Of a stretch of DNA of 64,000 nt, positions 38,668 to 46,697 are shown one piece after another. Made by a program: the position numbers and the translations under genes. Numbering within the stretch: position 1 is the stretch's first letter; every line of letters begins with the position of its first letter. The notes beneath the pieces are model-generated. The model worked only from the letters and a program-made list of their open reading frames with translations, was not told the DNA's origin and searched no databases. Source of the stretch: an uncultured delta proteobacterium (GTDB taxonomy: Bacteria > Myxococcota_A > Polyangia > Fen-1088); contig CAVWIP010000016.1 in NCBI GenBank assembly GCA_963755125.1, positions 64,001 to 128,000 of the forward strand. Direction: 5' to 3'.

Positions 38668-39456
38668 CTACTTGTGGGCCGTCTTTCGGATCTCGTCGAG
38701 CAGCTTCGGGATCTCGGGTTCGGTGAACAAACGTGCCTCGAAGTCGGCGAAGAGGTCCTTCAGGGCGGGCACGAGGTCGGCGTTCTCAAAGGCGCCCACG
38801 ACGATCAGCCTGCGCTTCACGCCGCCCTCAGGGTACTTCGCCAGAAGGTGTCCGTCAGCACCGAGTTCCTTGGCCTCCCTGATCGCCTCCTCGGCCCCGA
38901 GCGCGAACCCTTGTGGCTTGATGAGATTCCGCACGCCGTTCTTGAATACGTAGGGGAAGTGCAGTTCCGTGGGCAAGCCAGGCACCTTCTCTGTGACATC
39001 ACGATCAAAGGGAATGCCCGCCGTCTCCAGTGACTGGAAAGACTTCGTCAGGTTCGGCGCAGCAGGACGCCGCATTCGATGCTCGGGCGGCATCTCGCCC
39101 ACGAGTTCCTTGAACAGATTGGCCAGATCGTCGTCCAAATCCGTGATGACCACCGGACGCGGTTCGAGAAGCACGAGGCTGCCCGCCTCCTGCGCGATGA
39201 ACGACCGTAGGGCCGCGTCGTCGGGCTCGATTCTTTCCACGCGGTTTGCCAGCGCGCGCTTAGCGCTCGTGAGGCGCACGTCATCGAACGAGCCTCTCCC
39301 GAAGCGCTTCTTGGCCGCCTCATTGTTCAAGCTGAATCTGGCCTTGACGACATGCTTCGATGGGCACGTCACGACCACGCCAACATTCACACCCTCGGCT
39401 CGGGCCTCGTCAGGCCTGAACTGGATGATGCTGTAGAGCGATTGTCTTGCCGTCAT
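38668..39456 (-). CDS. DUF3037 domain protein
   Basis: 'YSIIQFRPDEARAEGVNVGVVV' N-terminus, 'LANLFKELV', 'FPYVFKNG'. Confidence 0.8.
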   Translation of the reverse strand: MTARQSLYSIIQFRPDEARAEGVNVGVVVTCPSKHVVKARFSLNNEAAKKRFGRGSFDDVRLTSAKRALANRVERIEPDDAALRSFIAQEAGSLVLLEPRPVVITDLDDDLANLFKELVGEMPPEHRMRRPAAPNLTKSFQSLETAGIPFDRDVTEKVPGLPTELHFPYVFKNGVRNLIKPQGFALGAEEAIREAKELGADGHLLAKYPEGGVKRRLIVVGAFENADLVPALKDLFADFEARLFTEPEIPKLLDEIRKTAHK

Positions 39457-39459
39457 CTT

Positions 39460-40326
39460 TCACCTCAAGTTTGTCCCTGGAAGGACTGGGTGCCAGCCAC
39501 ATGTATCTTCTAGTATCTTCTCGACCGCTCCGGCTAGAAACTTGGCCCGCTCTACGCAGAACTCTCTGAGCCGATCCCGCGTTTCGGCGCGTAGTCCCCA
39601 GGCCGGAGGGAGTCCCGTGGTGTACGCGTCAAAGTCCTGCTCCCGGAAGCTGGCGAGCTTGTCTACGAAACGCCGCACACCTTCTCGCGTCACGCGCCCT
39701 CGGAATTCAGGGAAGAGACCGTACAGTCGTTCATCCCTGATGGCGTCAAGGTCGAGCAAATTCCTGGTGGACAGCGCCCTTCCCATGCGAAAGCACTCGC
39801 TGTGATCGATGGCCAGAAGGCGGTAGCGCCCCTTCTTGGCCCCCTCCTCGCAGAAGAAGACGTTTCGGAAGTTGCAGCGTGGTGGACCGCTGCTCTCTGC
39901 GTACCGGTCGTAGTTACGCGTCCATGTGTCGAAAACGACGAGGCCGCAGATGTCTTCCGGGTTCTCGACCCAGGTGAGGTCATCTTCCCCGCCGCCCCAC
40001 GAACGCCCGCGAACCTCACAGGCGATGAACGCCGGCCCAGCTTGTGTCTCACAGCCCTTGGGGAGCTTGAAACTGAGTTCGTCCGGGTAGTCAACCACTG
40101 CGACATCGAAGGTCGGAAGGCCCAGCCATCGCGCCAGTCCAGTCCCGATCCACTCCGAAACCAAGGCGTCCGGCCCCTCGGGATTCCCAAGGGTCTTGGC
40201 GTAGGCCCGTCCGGCGTCTGTCATCACGTAGAGTGGCCCGGTACTTGTATCGAGCCCACGGATCACGCGCATCACCCGAGTCGGGTGCCACGGCGAGGGT
40301 ACAGGGTTCTTGGTCGCCATAACCAT
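39460..40326 (-). CDS. HipA-like (HipA_2-type) kinase
   Basis: 'AYAK', 'LVSEWIGTGLARWLGLP', 'VFDTWTRNYDR', 'N..N', 'LLAIDH'. Confidence 0.82.
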   Translation of the reverse strand: MVMATKNPVPSPWHPTRVMRVIRGLDTSTGPLYVMTDAGRAYAKTLGNPEGPDALVSEWIGTGLARWLGLPTFDVAVVDYPDELSFKLPKGCETQAGPAFIACEVRGRSWGGGEDDLTWVENPEDICGLVVFDTWTRNYDRYAESSGPPRCNFRNVFFCEEGAKKGRYRLLAIDHSECFRMGRALSTRNLLDLDAIRDERLYGLFPEFRGRVTREGVRRFVDKLASFREQDFDAYTTGLPPAWGLRAETRDRLREFCVERAKFLAGAVEKILEDTCGWHPVLPGTNLR

Positions 40327-40496
40327 GGTCTAGATGGCGGGAGGTCCAGCCAATCTTACGGTCACTTGGTTCGCCGCAAAAATTCTCTTCCTGAATTGCG
40401 GGCCGCGTCCGCCGTGTCGCAATGACTGCCGAGGTAAGCATCGACCGCTCTCTCGTTGACGTCCCGGCCTTGACGGATAACCTATGCCTTTAGTCG

Positions 40497-41081
40497 ATGG
40501 AAAAGAACCGGCTCGAAGCTTTCAGCGATGGCGTGCTGGCCATCATCATCACTATCATGGTGCTGGAACTGAAGGTGCCGCGTGGGGGCGACCTGGCGGC
40601 GCTCAGGCCACTCTTGCCGGTGTTTTCGGGTTACGTCCTGAGTTTCCTCTACGTTGGCATCTACTGGAACAATCACCACCACATGCTCCATTCCACGCGG
40701 CACGTGACCGGCGGAATTCTGTGGGCGAATCTGCACTTGCTGTTTTGGCTGTCGCTCTTTCCCGTCACCACGGCGTGGATGGGCGGAAACCACCGCGCGC
40801 ACGCGCCCGCCGCGATTTACGGCGTCGTGCTGTTGATGGCGTCCATCGCCTATTACATCCTTCAACGCAGCATTGTCGCACAACAAGGGCCGAACTCGTT
40901 GCTTGCAGCGGCCATTGGCCGCGACTGGAAAGGGAAACTCTCTCCCCTGTGCTACCTCAGCGCCATCCCGTTGGCGTTCGTGAGTCCGTGGTTGGCCAAC
41001 GGCCTATACGTCTTCGTCGCGCTGATATGGCTGGTTCCTGACCGTCGCATCGAGCGCGTGCTCGCGCAGCGGACGGAGTGA
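40497..41081 (+). CDS. TMEM175 family potassium channel
   Basis: 'RLEAFSDGVLAIIITIMVLE', 'YWNNHHH', 'PDRRIE'. Confidence 0.92.
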   Translation: MEKNRLEAFSDGVLAIIITIMVLELKVPRGGDLAALRPLLPVFSGYVLSFLYVGIYWNNHHHMLHSTRHVTGGILWANLHLLFWLSLFPVTTAWMGGNHRAHAPAAIYGVVLLMASIAYYILQRSIVAQQGPNSLLAAAIGRDWKGKLSPLCYLSAIPLAFVSPWLANGLYVFVALIWLVPDRRIERVLAQRTE

Positions 41082-41107
41082 AGGCAGCCCAACGCGCAGT
41101 TGCCGCG

Positions 41108-41619
41108 TCAGGCACCCTCAGCCGACCACGATCTCCTCCGGCGAGAGCGCGGATAGGCTTTTCTCCGGCGCACCGCGGGCTTGCCGGCGTAGGCGTCTTT
41201 CAGTGCCTTCACATTCAGCTTCACCATCCCCATCATGGCCCGCATGGCCCGCTCGGCGCCTTTGCGGTCTTTGCCGCCGAGGCACTCACCCAGGGCCTCG
41301 GGTACGACCTGCCAGGACAGGCCGTACTTGTCCTGCAGCCAGCCGCACTGGCTGGGTTGGCCGCCTTTGAGCAACCTGTCCAGTAGTAGTCGACCTCTTT
41401 CTGGTTCTTGCAATTGATGAAGAAAGAGATGGCGGGATTGAACTTGAAGTGGGGCCCGCCGTTGAGCGCATAGAACATCTGGCCGTCCAGTTCGAAGGTG
41501 ACGGTCATGGGCGAGATGCTGTGGATCTTCGACTTCTTGAAAATAGAGCAATAAAACCTTGCCGCGTCTTCGGCCTGGTCGTCATACCAAAGAAAAGGCG
41601 TAATCCGGTTCATCTTCAT
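41108..41619 (-). pseudogene. PhnB/3-demethylubiquinone-9 methyltransferase-like VOC protein with a single-base frameshift
   Basis: 'ITPFLW..QAEDAARFY..LNGGP..EVDYYW' continues in another frame as 'DRLL.GG..SQCGWLQDKYGLSWQVVP'; TGGAC instead of TGGGAC near 41380. Confidence 0.8.
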
Positions 41620-41635
41620 GGGTAGTCCCTCAACG

Positions 41636-41851
41636 CTACGTTACCAGTGAGATGCTCAAAGTATGAGAAAGACGCCCACGATCACGCCGGCCAGGGCAAA
41701 GGACTTGCGCAGACGATAGCATTCTGCACGCGAAGAGCACGACCAGTACAGCGTTGTCTTGCACCAAGGCCTTCTTGGCCACGTCGTAAATGCCGAGGAA
41801 AGTGGCAGAAAGGACGGCGAAGGACACCCAGGACAGCGCGGGCGAGGGCAT
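41636..41851 (-). pseudogene. Internally deleted EamA/DMT transporter remnant
   Basis: N-terminal 'WVSFAVLSATFLGIYDVAKK...NAVLVVLF' joined out of frame to C-terminal 'E..RLRKSFALAGVIVGVFLI'. Confidence 0.6.
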
Positions 41852-41935
41852 GAAGCCCGCGCCTTATAGCTCATCTCCGAGGGAAGACCACGGGACATTC
41901 GATGACTCGCTGGCGTGAGGCGCGGAGCCGAGGTT

Positions 41936-42838
41936 TCAGCGGCGCAAGGTCAGCGTGTGCTTGGCTTCGAGACGGACCGGGTGATACGAGAGCTTGGCCC
42001 GGCGCAACCCCGGATCCCCGAGATCCTCCTCTCGGTTGATGAAGGCCAGCCCCTGGGCCGCGATGGCGCGGGCGGTTTCCTGGTTGATCACTTGATACAG
42101 GCCCTTCTTGTCGCGGAGCGCGCGTTCAAACAGGACCACCGCGGTGGTCGGGTTCAGACGGTCGTAGATGGAAAAGGCCGCCGGCCGATCGTCGATGTGC
42201 AGGAGCAGTCCACGAAGCCCAAGTGCAGCGAAGTCGCGAATCGCGGTCGCCAGGGCCTGGCCCTCCTGCCGCAAGGTGAGCGTCGTGCGTTTGGCCGCGA
42301 TGTCGTCGCCAACTTCGAGACATTCCTCGCCATGCTGTGGGCCGAGCGGCTCGATCCGCCAGTCGTAGAATCGCGTGGCCTGTTGGATCAGGTTGCGCTT
42401 CTTGGCGTAACGGCTGCCGGTCAGCGCCGCCAGGTCCTCGGTCTGGTACACGTAGTTGGCGCTGTCGCGATCTGCGATCGCGTGGAAGTGCGCGACAAAA
42501 GCCGGATGTCGCGCCACGAATTCGGCGCTGACGGATTCGATGACCAGCGGTGTGGGCAGTTTGCGAGCGTGGGCGAGCAGGGTTTCCTGCAGGGGCTCGG
42601 AAAACCGTCCCAATGGTTGCAGCAGCCTCGGCTGGGGATCGGCGGCGACCCGGGCGTAGAGCAAAAGCGTGTCCGGTTCAGCGACGGCGTGGTGGTAATG
42701 GAAAACCGACGACCAGACGCACAGCGAAGCCGAACTATAGTCAGACAGGGGTTGCGGGTGGCGGACAAGAAAATCGGTCACCAGCGCTCGCTGCTCGATC
42801 TCGAGGGGCGCGAATGGAAATCCCAGAAAAGCCGTCAC
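41936..42838 (-). CDS. DUF2156 (aminoacyl-phosphatidylglycerol synthase C-terminal-like) protein
   Basis: 'DRDSANYVY..DLA.L.G.RY.KKRN', 'FERA....GLYQVIN', 'INREEDLGDPGLRRAKLSYHP'. Confidence 0.85.
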   Translation of the reverse strand: MTAFLGFPFAPLEIEQRALVTDFLVRHPQPLSDYSSASLCVWSSVFHYHHAVAEPDTLLLYARVAADPQPRLLQPLGRFSEPLQETLLAHARKLPTPLVIESVSAEFVARHPAFVAHFHAIADRDSANYVYQTEDLAALTGSRYAKKRNLIQQATRFYDWRIEPLGPQHGEECLEVGDDIAAKRTTLTLRQEGQALATAIRDFAALGLRGLLLHIDDRPAAFSIYDRLNPTTAVVLFERALRDKKGLYQVINQETARAIAAQGLAFINREEDLGDPGLRRAKLSYHPVRLEAKHTLTLRR

Positions 42839-42840
42839 GG

Positions 42841-43260
42841 TCAGGAACGCACCTGGTAGAGCATGGGTTGAAAGCCGGTGAGGGGCTGGAAACCCAGCCC
42901 TTCGTAAAATCTCTGCGTGTTCGGCTCGGCTACCAGGCCAATCCAGGTCAGACCCGCGGCCACGCAGCGATCGGTCAGGCGCCGGATGATCTCGCGACCG
43001 ATGCCACGTCCTCGGAATTCCGGGAGCACGACCACGTCCTGGATGTACCCGTCGCTGGCGCCGTCGGAAATCACGCGTCCCATGCCCACGATGCGGCCAT
43101 CGGGCGCGCGGGCCAGGAGAAAACAGAAACTGCCGCGCACCATCTGCGGAATCGCCGCGCGCCAGGCGGGCTGTTCTTGCCACCAGCCGCCGGCGCGATA
43201 CAGGTCCACGATGGCCTCGGTCGGGGCGCTGGTGACGTTTTCATAGACGATGTCGAGCAT
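42841..43260 (-). CDS. GNAT family N-acetyltransferase
   Basis: 'VGMGRVISDG..YIQDVVVLPEFRGRGIG', 'FYEGLGF'. Confidence 0.9.
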   Translation of the reverse strand: MLDIVYENVTSAPTEAIVDLYRAGGWWQEQPAWRAAIPQMVRGSFCFLLARAPDGRIVGMGRVISDGASDGYIQDVVVLPEFRGRGIGREIIRRLTDRCVAAGLTWIGLVAEPNTQRFYEGLGFQPLTGFQPMLYQVRS

Positions 43261-43321
43261 CGAATACCGGTTCCCTGTCGAATGCCTTCTTTGTACCATT
43301 GACTGCAATCCCGACAAGCCG

Positions 43322-43891
43322 ATGCCAAGAGATTTGCCAGCATGGCCGCAAGTGGACCGGTCGCTGCCGACCGGAGAGCATCCCTATCTCAAGGTTCTGC
43401 CGGCGGTGAAGTCCAGTCCGGCCTTGGCGCGCATCGCCGCGCTTCCGGCCGCGCGCGATCGTCTGCTCGAACGGGCGCGCGTGCAGATCCGCGGCGATCA
43501 CGGCTATGCCTTCGTGGACGTCGACGTGCCCTGCATCGTGGTCTCGGAGTGGTACTTTCGCAGCGGCACGGATCGGGATCTCTATCTCGACCTTCTGCAC
43601 GAGCTCACGCATCTGCGCCAACTCGACGAGGGGTTGGATCTGTGGGACGAGAGATTCGCGTACGTAGACCGTCCCACCGAGATCGAAGGCTACGCGGTCG
43701 CCATCGAAGAAGGACGCCGGTTGGGCATGACCAGTGAGGAGGTCGCCGACCATCTGGCGACCCCCTGGATGACTGCGGACGATACGGCGCGGCTGCTCGC
43801 GCATGTCGACGGTTTCCTGACGACCGGGGTGCTGCCCAATCTCGCGGCCGCGAAGATCCCGGCGCCCCGCCGTTCACGGCGTCCTTGGTAG
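43322..43891 (+). CDS. Hypothetical protein with HExxH zinc-metallopeptidase-like motif
   Basis: 'DLLHELTHLRQ' followed by 'RPTEIEGY'. Confidence 0.6.
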   Translation: MPRDLPAWPQVDRSLPTGEHPYLKVLPAVKSSPALARIAALPAARDRLLERARVQIRGDHGYAFVDVDVPCIVVSEWYFRSGTDRDLYLDLLHELTHLRQLDEGLDLWDERFAYVDRPTEIEGYAVAIEEGRRLGMTSEEVADHLATPWMTADDTARLLAHVDGFLTTGVLPNLAAAKIPAPRRSRRPW

Positions 43892-44027
43892 CAGGCGCGG
43901 CGGGGGTGTCGAGCATTGGATCGTCCACGCGACCCGTGTGACCTGCCGTGCCAGAAAGGACAGTTGCCGTTCAGGAAAAAATGTCCAATCCTTTTGCGCG
44001 CGCGCATCCAATCGCCAGGAGACCAAC

Positions 44028-44501
44028 ATGAAGGGCAACCAGAAACTGATCGACGTTCTCAACCAACTGCTCGCCGACGAGCTGACCGCCATCAACCAGT
44101 ACATGGTCCACTCCGAGCTTTGCGCCAACTGGGGCTATGAACGGCTGCACAAGGTGATCGAGAAGCGCGCCTTGGGCGAGATGAAGCACGCCGAGAAACT
44201 CATCGCCCGCATCGTGTTCCTCGAAGGGACGCCGGTTGTGAGCAAGCTGAACCCGCTTCACATCGGGGCCGACGTGCCCGAGATGATCGCGAACGACGTC
44301 GCGGCCGAGATGACGGCCATCCGCGGATACAACGCCGCAATTCCGGTGGCCATGGAAGTGCAGGACGCGCCCACGCGAGAGCTGCTGGAGTCGATCATCA
44401 AGGATGAAGACGACCACCTGGACATGCTGGAGGCCCAGCGCGACCAGATGAACCAGATGAGTGTTGGCGTCTTCCTCGGCCAGCAGATCGAAGAAGACTG
44501 A
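44028..44501 (+). CDS. bfr: Bacterioferritin
   Basis: 'MKG...LADELTAINQY..H', 'EMKHAEKLIARI.FLEG.P', 'DEDDH'; AGGAG Shine-Dalgarno. Confidence 0.95.
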   Translation: MKGNQKLIDVLNQLLADELTAINQYMVHSELCANWGYERLHKVIEKRALGEMKHAEKLIARIVFLEGTPVVSKLNPLHIGADVPEMIANDVAAEMTAIRGYNAAIPVAMEVQDAPTRELLESIIKDEDDHLDMLEAQRDQMNQMSVGVFLGQQIEED

Positions 44502-44594
44502 CAGACCGCAGGCTCGGCCGGGAGCCCAGCGCCGTCGTCCGCGCCGCGGACAGAACGGCTTTCGACGCGCGACCAAAGTAGGGCAATCGGATCA

Positions 44595-44648
44595 GGCTTT
44601 GGCCCGGCTGCGCTGTACCGCAAGCTGAAGTGCTACGGCACCTGGTAG
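44595..44648 (+). pseudogene. Tiny remnant of a Fis-type HTH C-terminus
   Basis: Translates to GFGPAALYRKLKCYGTW*. Confidence 0.35.
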
Positions 44649-44839
44649 CGCGAACCGCTCTACTCGCCAGCATCTCCTCGACGAACTCGGCATACACACT
44701 TGCGACCAGCCGCGCGAGCCAGCCCCGTCCTTCCATGCTGCGCCTCGCCTCGATCGGCTCGTCGGCCCTCATCAGGTCATGCCGTCAAGCCGATGTGAAA
44801 AGGGGACGAGGGCGGCCAGGGGTGGCAGGATGGGGCCTC

Positions 44840-46648
44840 ATGGACAAGTGCAAACCCTATCGCTTGCGCGCCAGACACGCATGTGTTCGCTTTTTCCCGG
44901 CGCTGGCAGCAGCCCTTGCCGGGGCGCCGGCCAGGGCGCAGACGCCCGCGCTGACCGACAGCGATTTCGCCCTCGCGCTCTACGCCTCCGACGTGAATTC
45001 GGGGAGCGCTCTCGATGCAAACGATCTCAGCGTCCTCTTCAACCCGCACCGGTGCAACTGTCCCGACACCATCACGGCGCAGTTGCAGCTCACCTCGTCC
45101 GGGCAAACCGACATCGGCAATTCGACGGTTTCGGTCAATTTCTTTCTCGGGACGAGCTGCGCCACTTCCACCACCTCTGCGTCGTGTGTCTCCGTCGGCC
45201 AGGCAACATTTAGCGCGTCCCAGTCCGCCTCGTCCCCGACGTTCTCCAGTAGCCTGGTATTCCAGAGCGCGGCAGGCACCTCGACAGTGGACTGCGCCAC
45301 CTTTACCGCGGGATCGACCACCCTCTGGGCGGTGCTCGCCCAGAACGGGACCGCGCTCTCCTTCACACCTTCAGTCGCGCTTCAGGTGATCACGAGCGTG
45401 GTCGCGGCCCCGACCGCGATCACTGCCCAGCCCGCGGACCAGGGCATCCTGGTTGGCTGGACTCCTCCGGCGGACATGTCCCAGGTCGCGGGGTATCAGG
45501 TCCTTTGCCTGCCCCGTCCGGCTTCGGCCTCGACTGCTGCCTACGAAACTTGCGGATTGGCAAGCAACGCTACGGGTAGCGCAGTGCTTACTCCAGCCGA
45601 CGAGACCCAGGTTTGCTCGGCCGAGGTTTCCGCCACGGCCACATCAGTCCGTCTGGCCGGACTGGTGAACGACACGACCTACACGGTCGCCGTGGTCTCC
45701 ATCGATCCGGGCGGCGGCGTCAGCGCGCTGTCGCCACAAGCCGAGGCGATGCCCCAGCCGACCATCGGATTCTACGGGAAGTACAAGCTGTCGCTCGGAG
45801 CGGCCACCGGCTGTACGCTGGCGCCGCACTCGGGTCGCGCGGGTCTGCCGTGGATGGCGCTGCTCGCCGCGCTGGTCCTCGCGCTAGGCCGAAGCCCGCG
45901 ACGGCGGAAAAACCTTGCCGCCAGCCTCACGCGCGTCGTGCTCCTGCTGCTCGCGTTCACTGCGACCGCGCGTGCCCAGATCTCGCTCGACCACCAAGAC
46001 GCCGACTGGTCGCAATCACCGGTGTCGCCGCTTCCACAAACCCCTGATTGGGGCGTCGAGCTCGGGGTGTCGCTGTATCGCCCGGCCGTGGACAGCGAGT
46101 TTGCCGGCGGAGTCCATCCCTACGCCGATACCTTCGGGTCATCCCGCCATCTCCTGTCAGAGATAGAGGTGGACCGGTACCTATTTCACCGCTTCGGAAC
46201 CTCGGGCGTGGGCCTGCGCGGTGGCTACTACAAGGTCAGCGGGGCGGCCTGGCTGGCCGACGGGATAACCCGCAGTGGAGACGAGACCGAGCTGCGCCTC
46301 ATCCCCTTCTCGCTGTCGGCCCTGTTTCGAGCTGATCGCATTCCGGGCCTGAAGCAGGTGCCGCTCGTCCCGTACGCAAAAGCTGGGTTGGACGGCGTGG
46401 TGTGGACGACAAGCAGCACAGGAGGCGGCGGATCCCAGACCGGCTTCACCCCAGGCTGGCACGTTGCCGCGGGCATGGCGCTGGGCCTGAACTTTCTCGG
46501 TCTGGGCACCATCAATCCAGGCGCGCTCGCCGACCCCTGCGCGATCTTCTTTGAATGGGACTACGCCGCAATCAACGGACTGGGCATGGGCCACGACCTA
46601 CACGTCGGCGACAACACCTGGTTCGCCGGGGTGATGTTCGACCTGTGA
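44840..46648 (+). CDS. FN3-like domain + internal MYXO-CTERM-like anchor + second signal peptide + outer-membrane beta-barrel (MXAN_2561/2562-like fusion)
   Basis: Signal ARA/Q; 'VGWTPP..GYQV', 'GLVNDTTYTVAVVSID'; 'GC...LPWMALLAALVLALG..RRRK'; 'VVLLLLAFTATARA/Q'; barrel 'LVPYAKAG...TWFAGVMFDL'. Confidence 0.7.
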   Translation: MDKCKPYRLRARHACVRFFPALAAALAGAPARAQTPALTDSDFALALYASDVNSGSALDANDLSVLFNPHRCNCPDTITAQLQLTSSGQTDIGNSTVSVNFFLGTSCATSTTSASCVSVGQATFSASQSASSPTFSSSLVFQSAAGTSTVDCATFTAGSTTLWAVLAQNGTALSFTPSVALQVITSVVAAPTAITAQPADQGILVGWTPPADMSQVAGYQVLCLPRPASASTAAYETCGLASNATGSAVLTPADETQVCSAEVSATATSVRLAGLVNDTTYTVAVVSIDPGGGVSALSPQAEAMPQPTIGFYGKYKLSLGAATGCTLAPHSGRAGLPWMALLAALVLALGRSPRRRKNLAASLTRVVLLLLAFTATARAQISLDHQDADWSQSPVSPLPQTPDWGVELGVSLYRPAVDSEFAGGVHPYADTFGSSRHLLSEIEVDRYLFHRFGTSGVGLRGGYYKVSGAAWLADGITRSGDETELRLIPFSLSALFRADRIPGLKQVPLVPYAKAGLDGVVWTTSSTGGGGSQTGFTPGWHVAAGMALGLNFLGLGTINPGALADPCAIFFEWDYAAINGLGMGHDLHVGDNTWFAGVMFDL

Positions 46649-46697
46649 CGGGCAAACCGCTGCGCTGGGAATTGAACGCAGCGGTGAGGGTCGACGC

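Noticed and set aside
41370..41400. Programmed ribosomal frameshift in the PhnB-like gene
   Set aside because: No slippery sequence or stimulatory structure; a simple 1-bp deletion explains it
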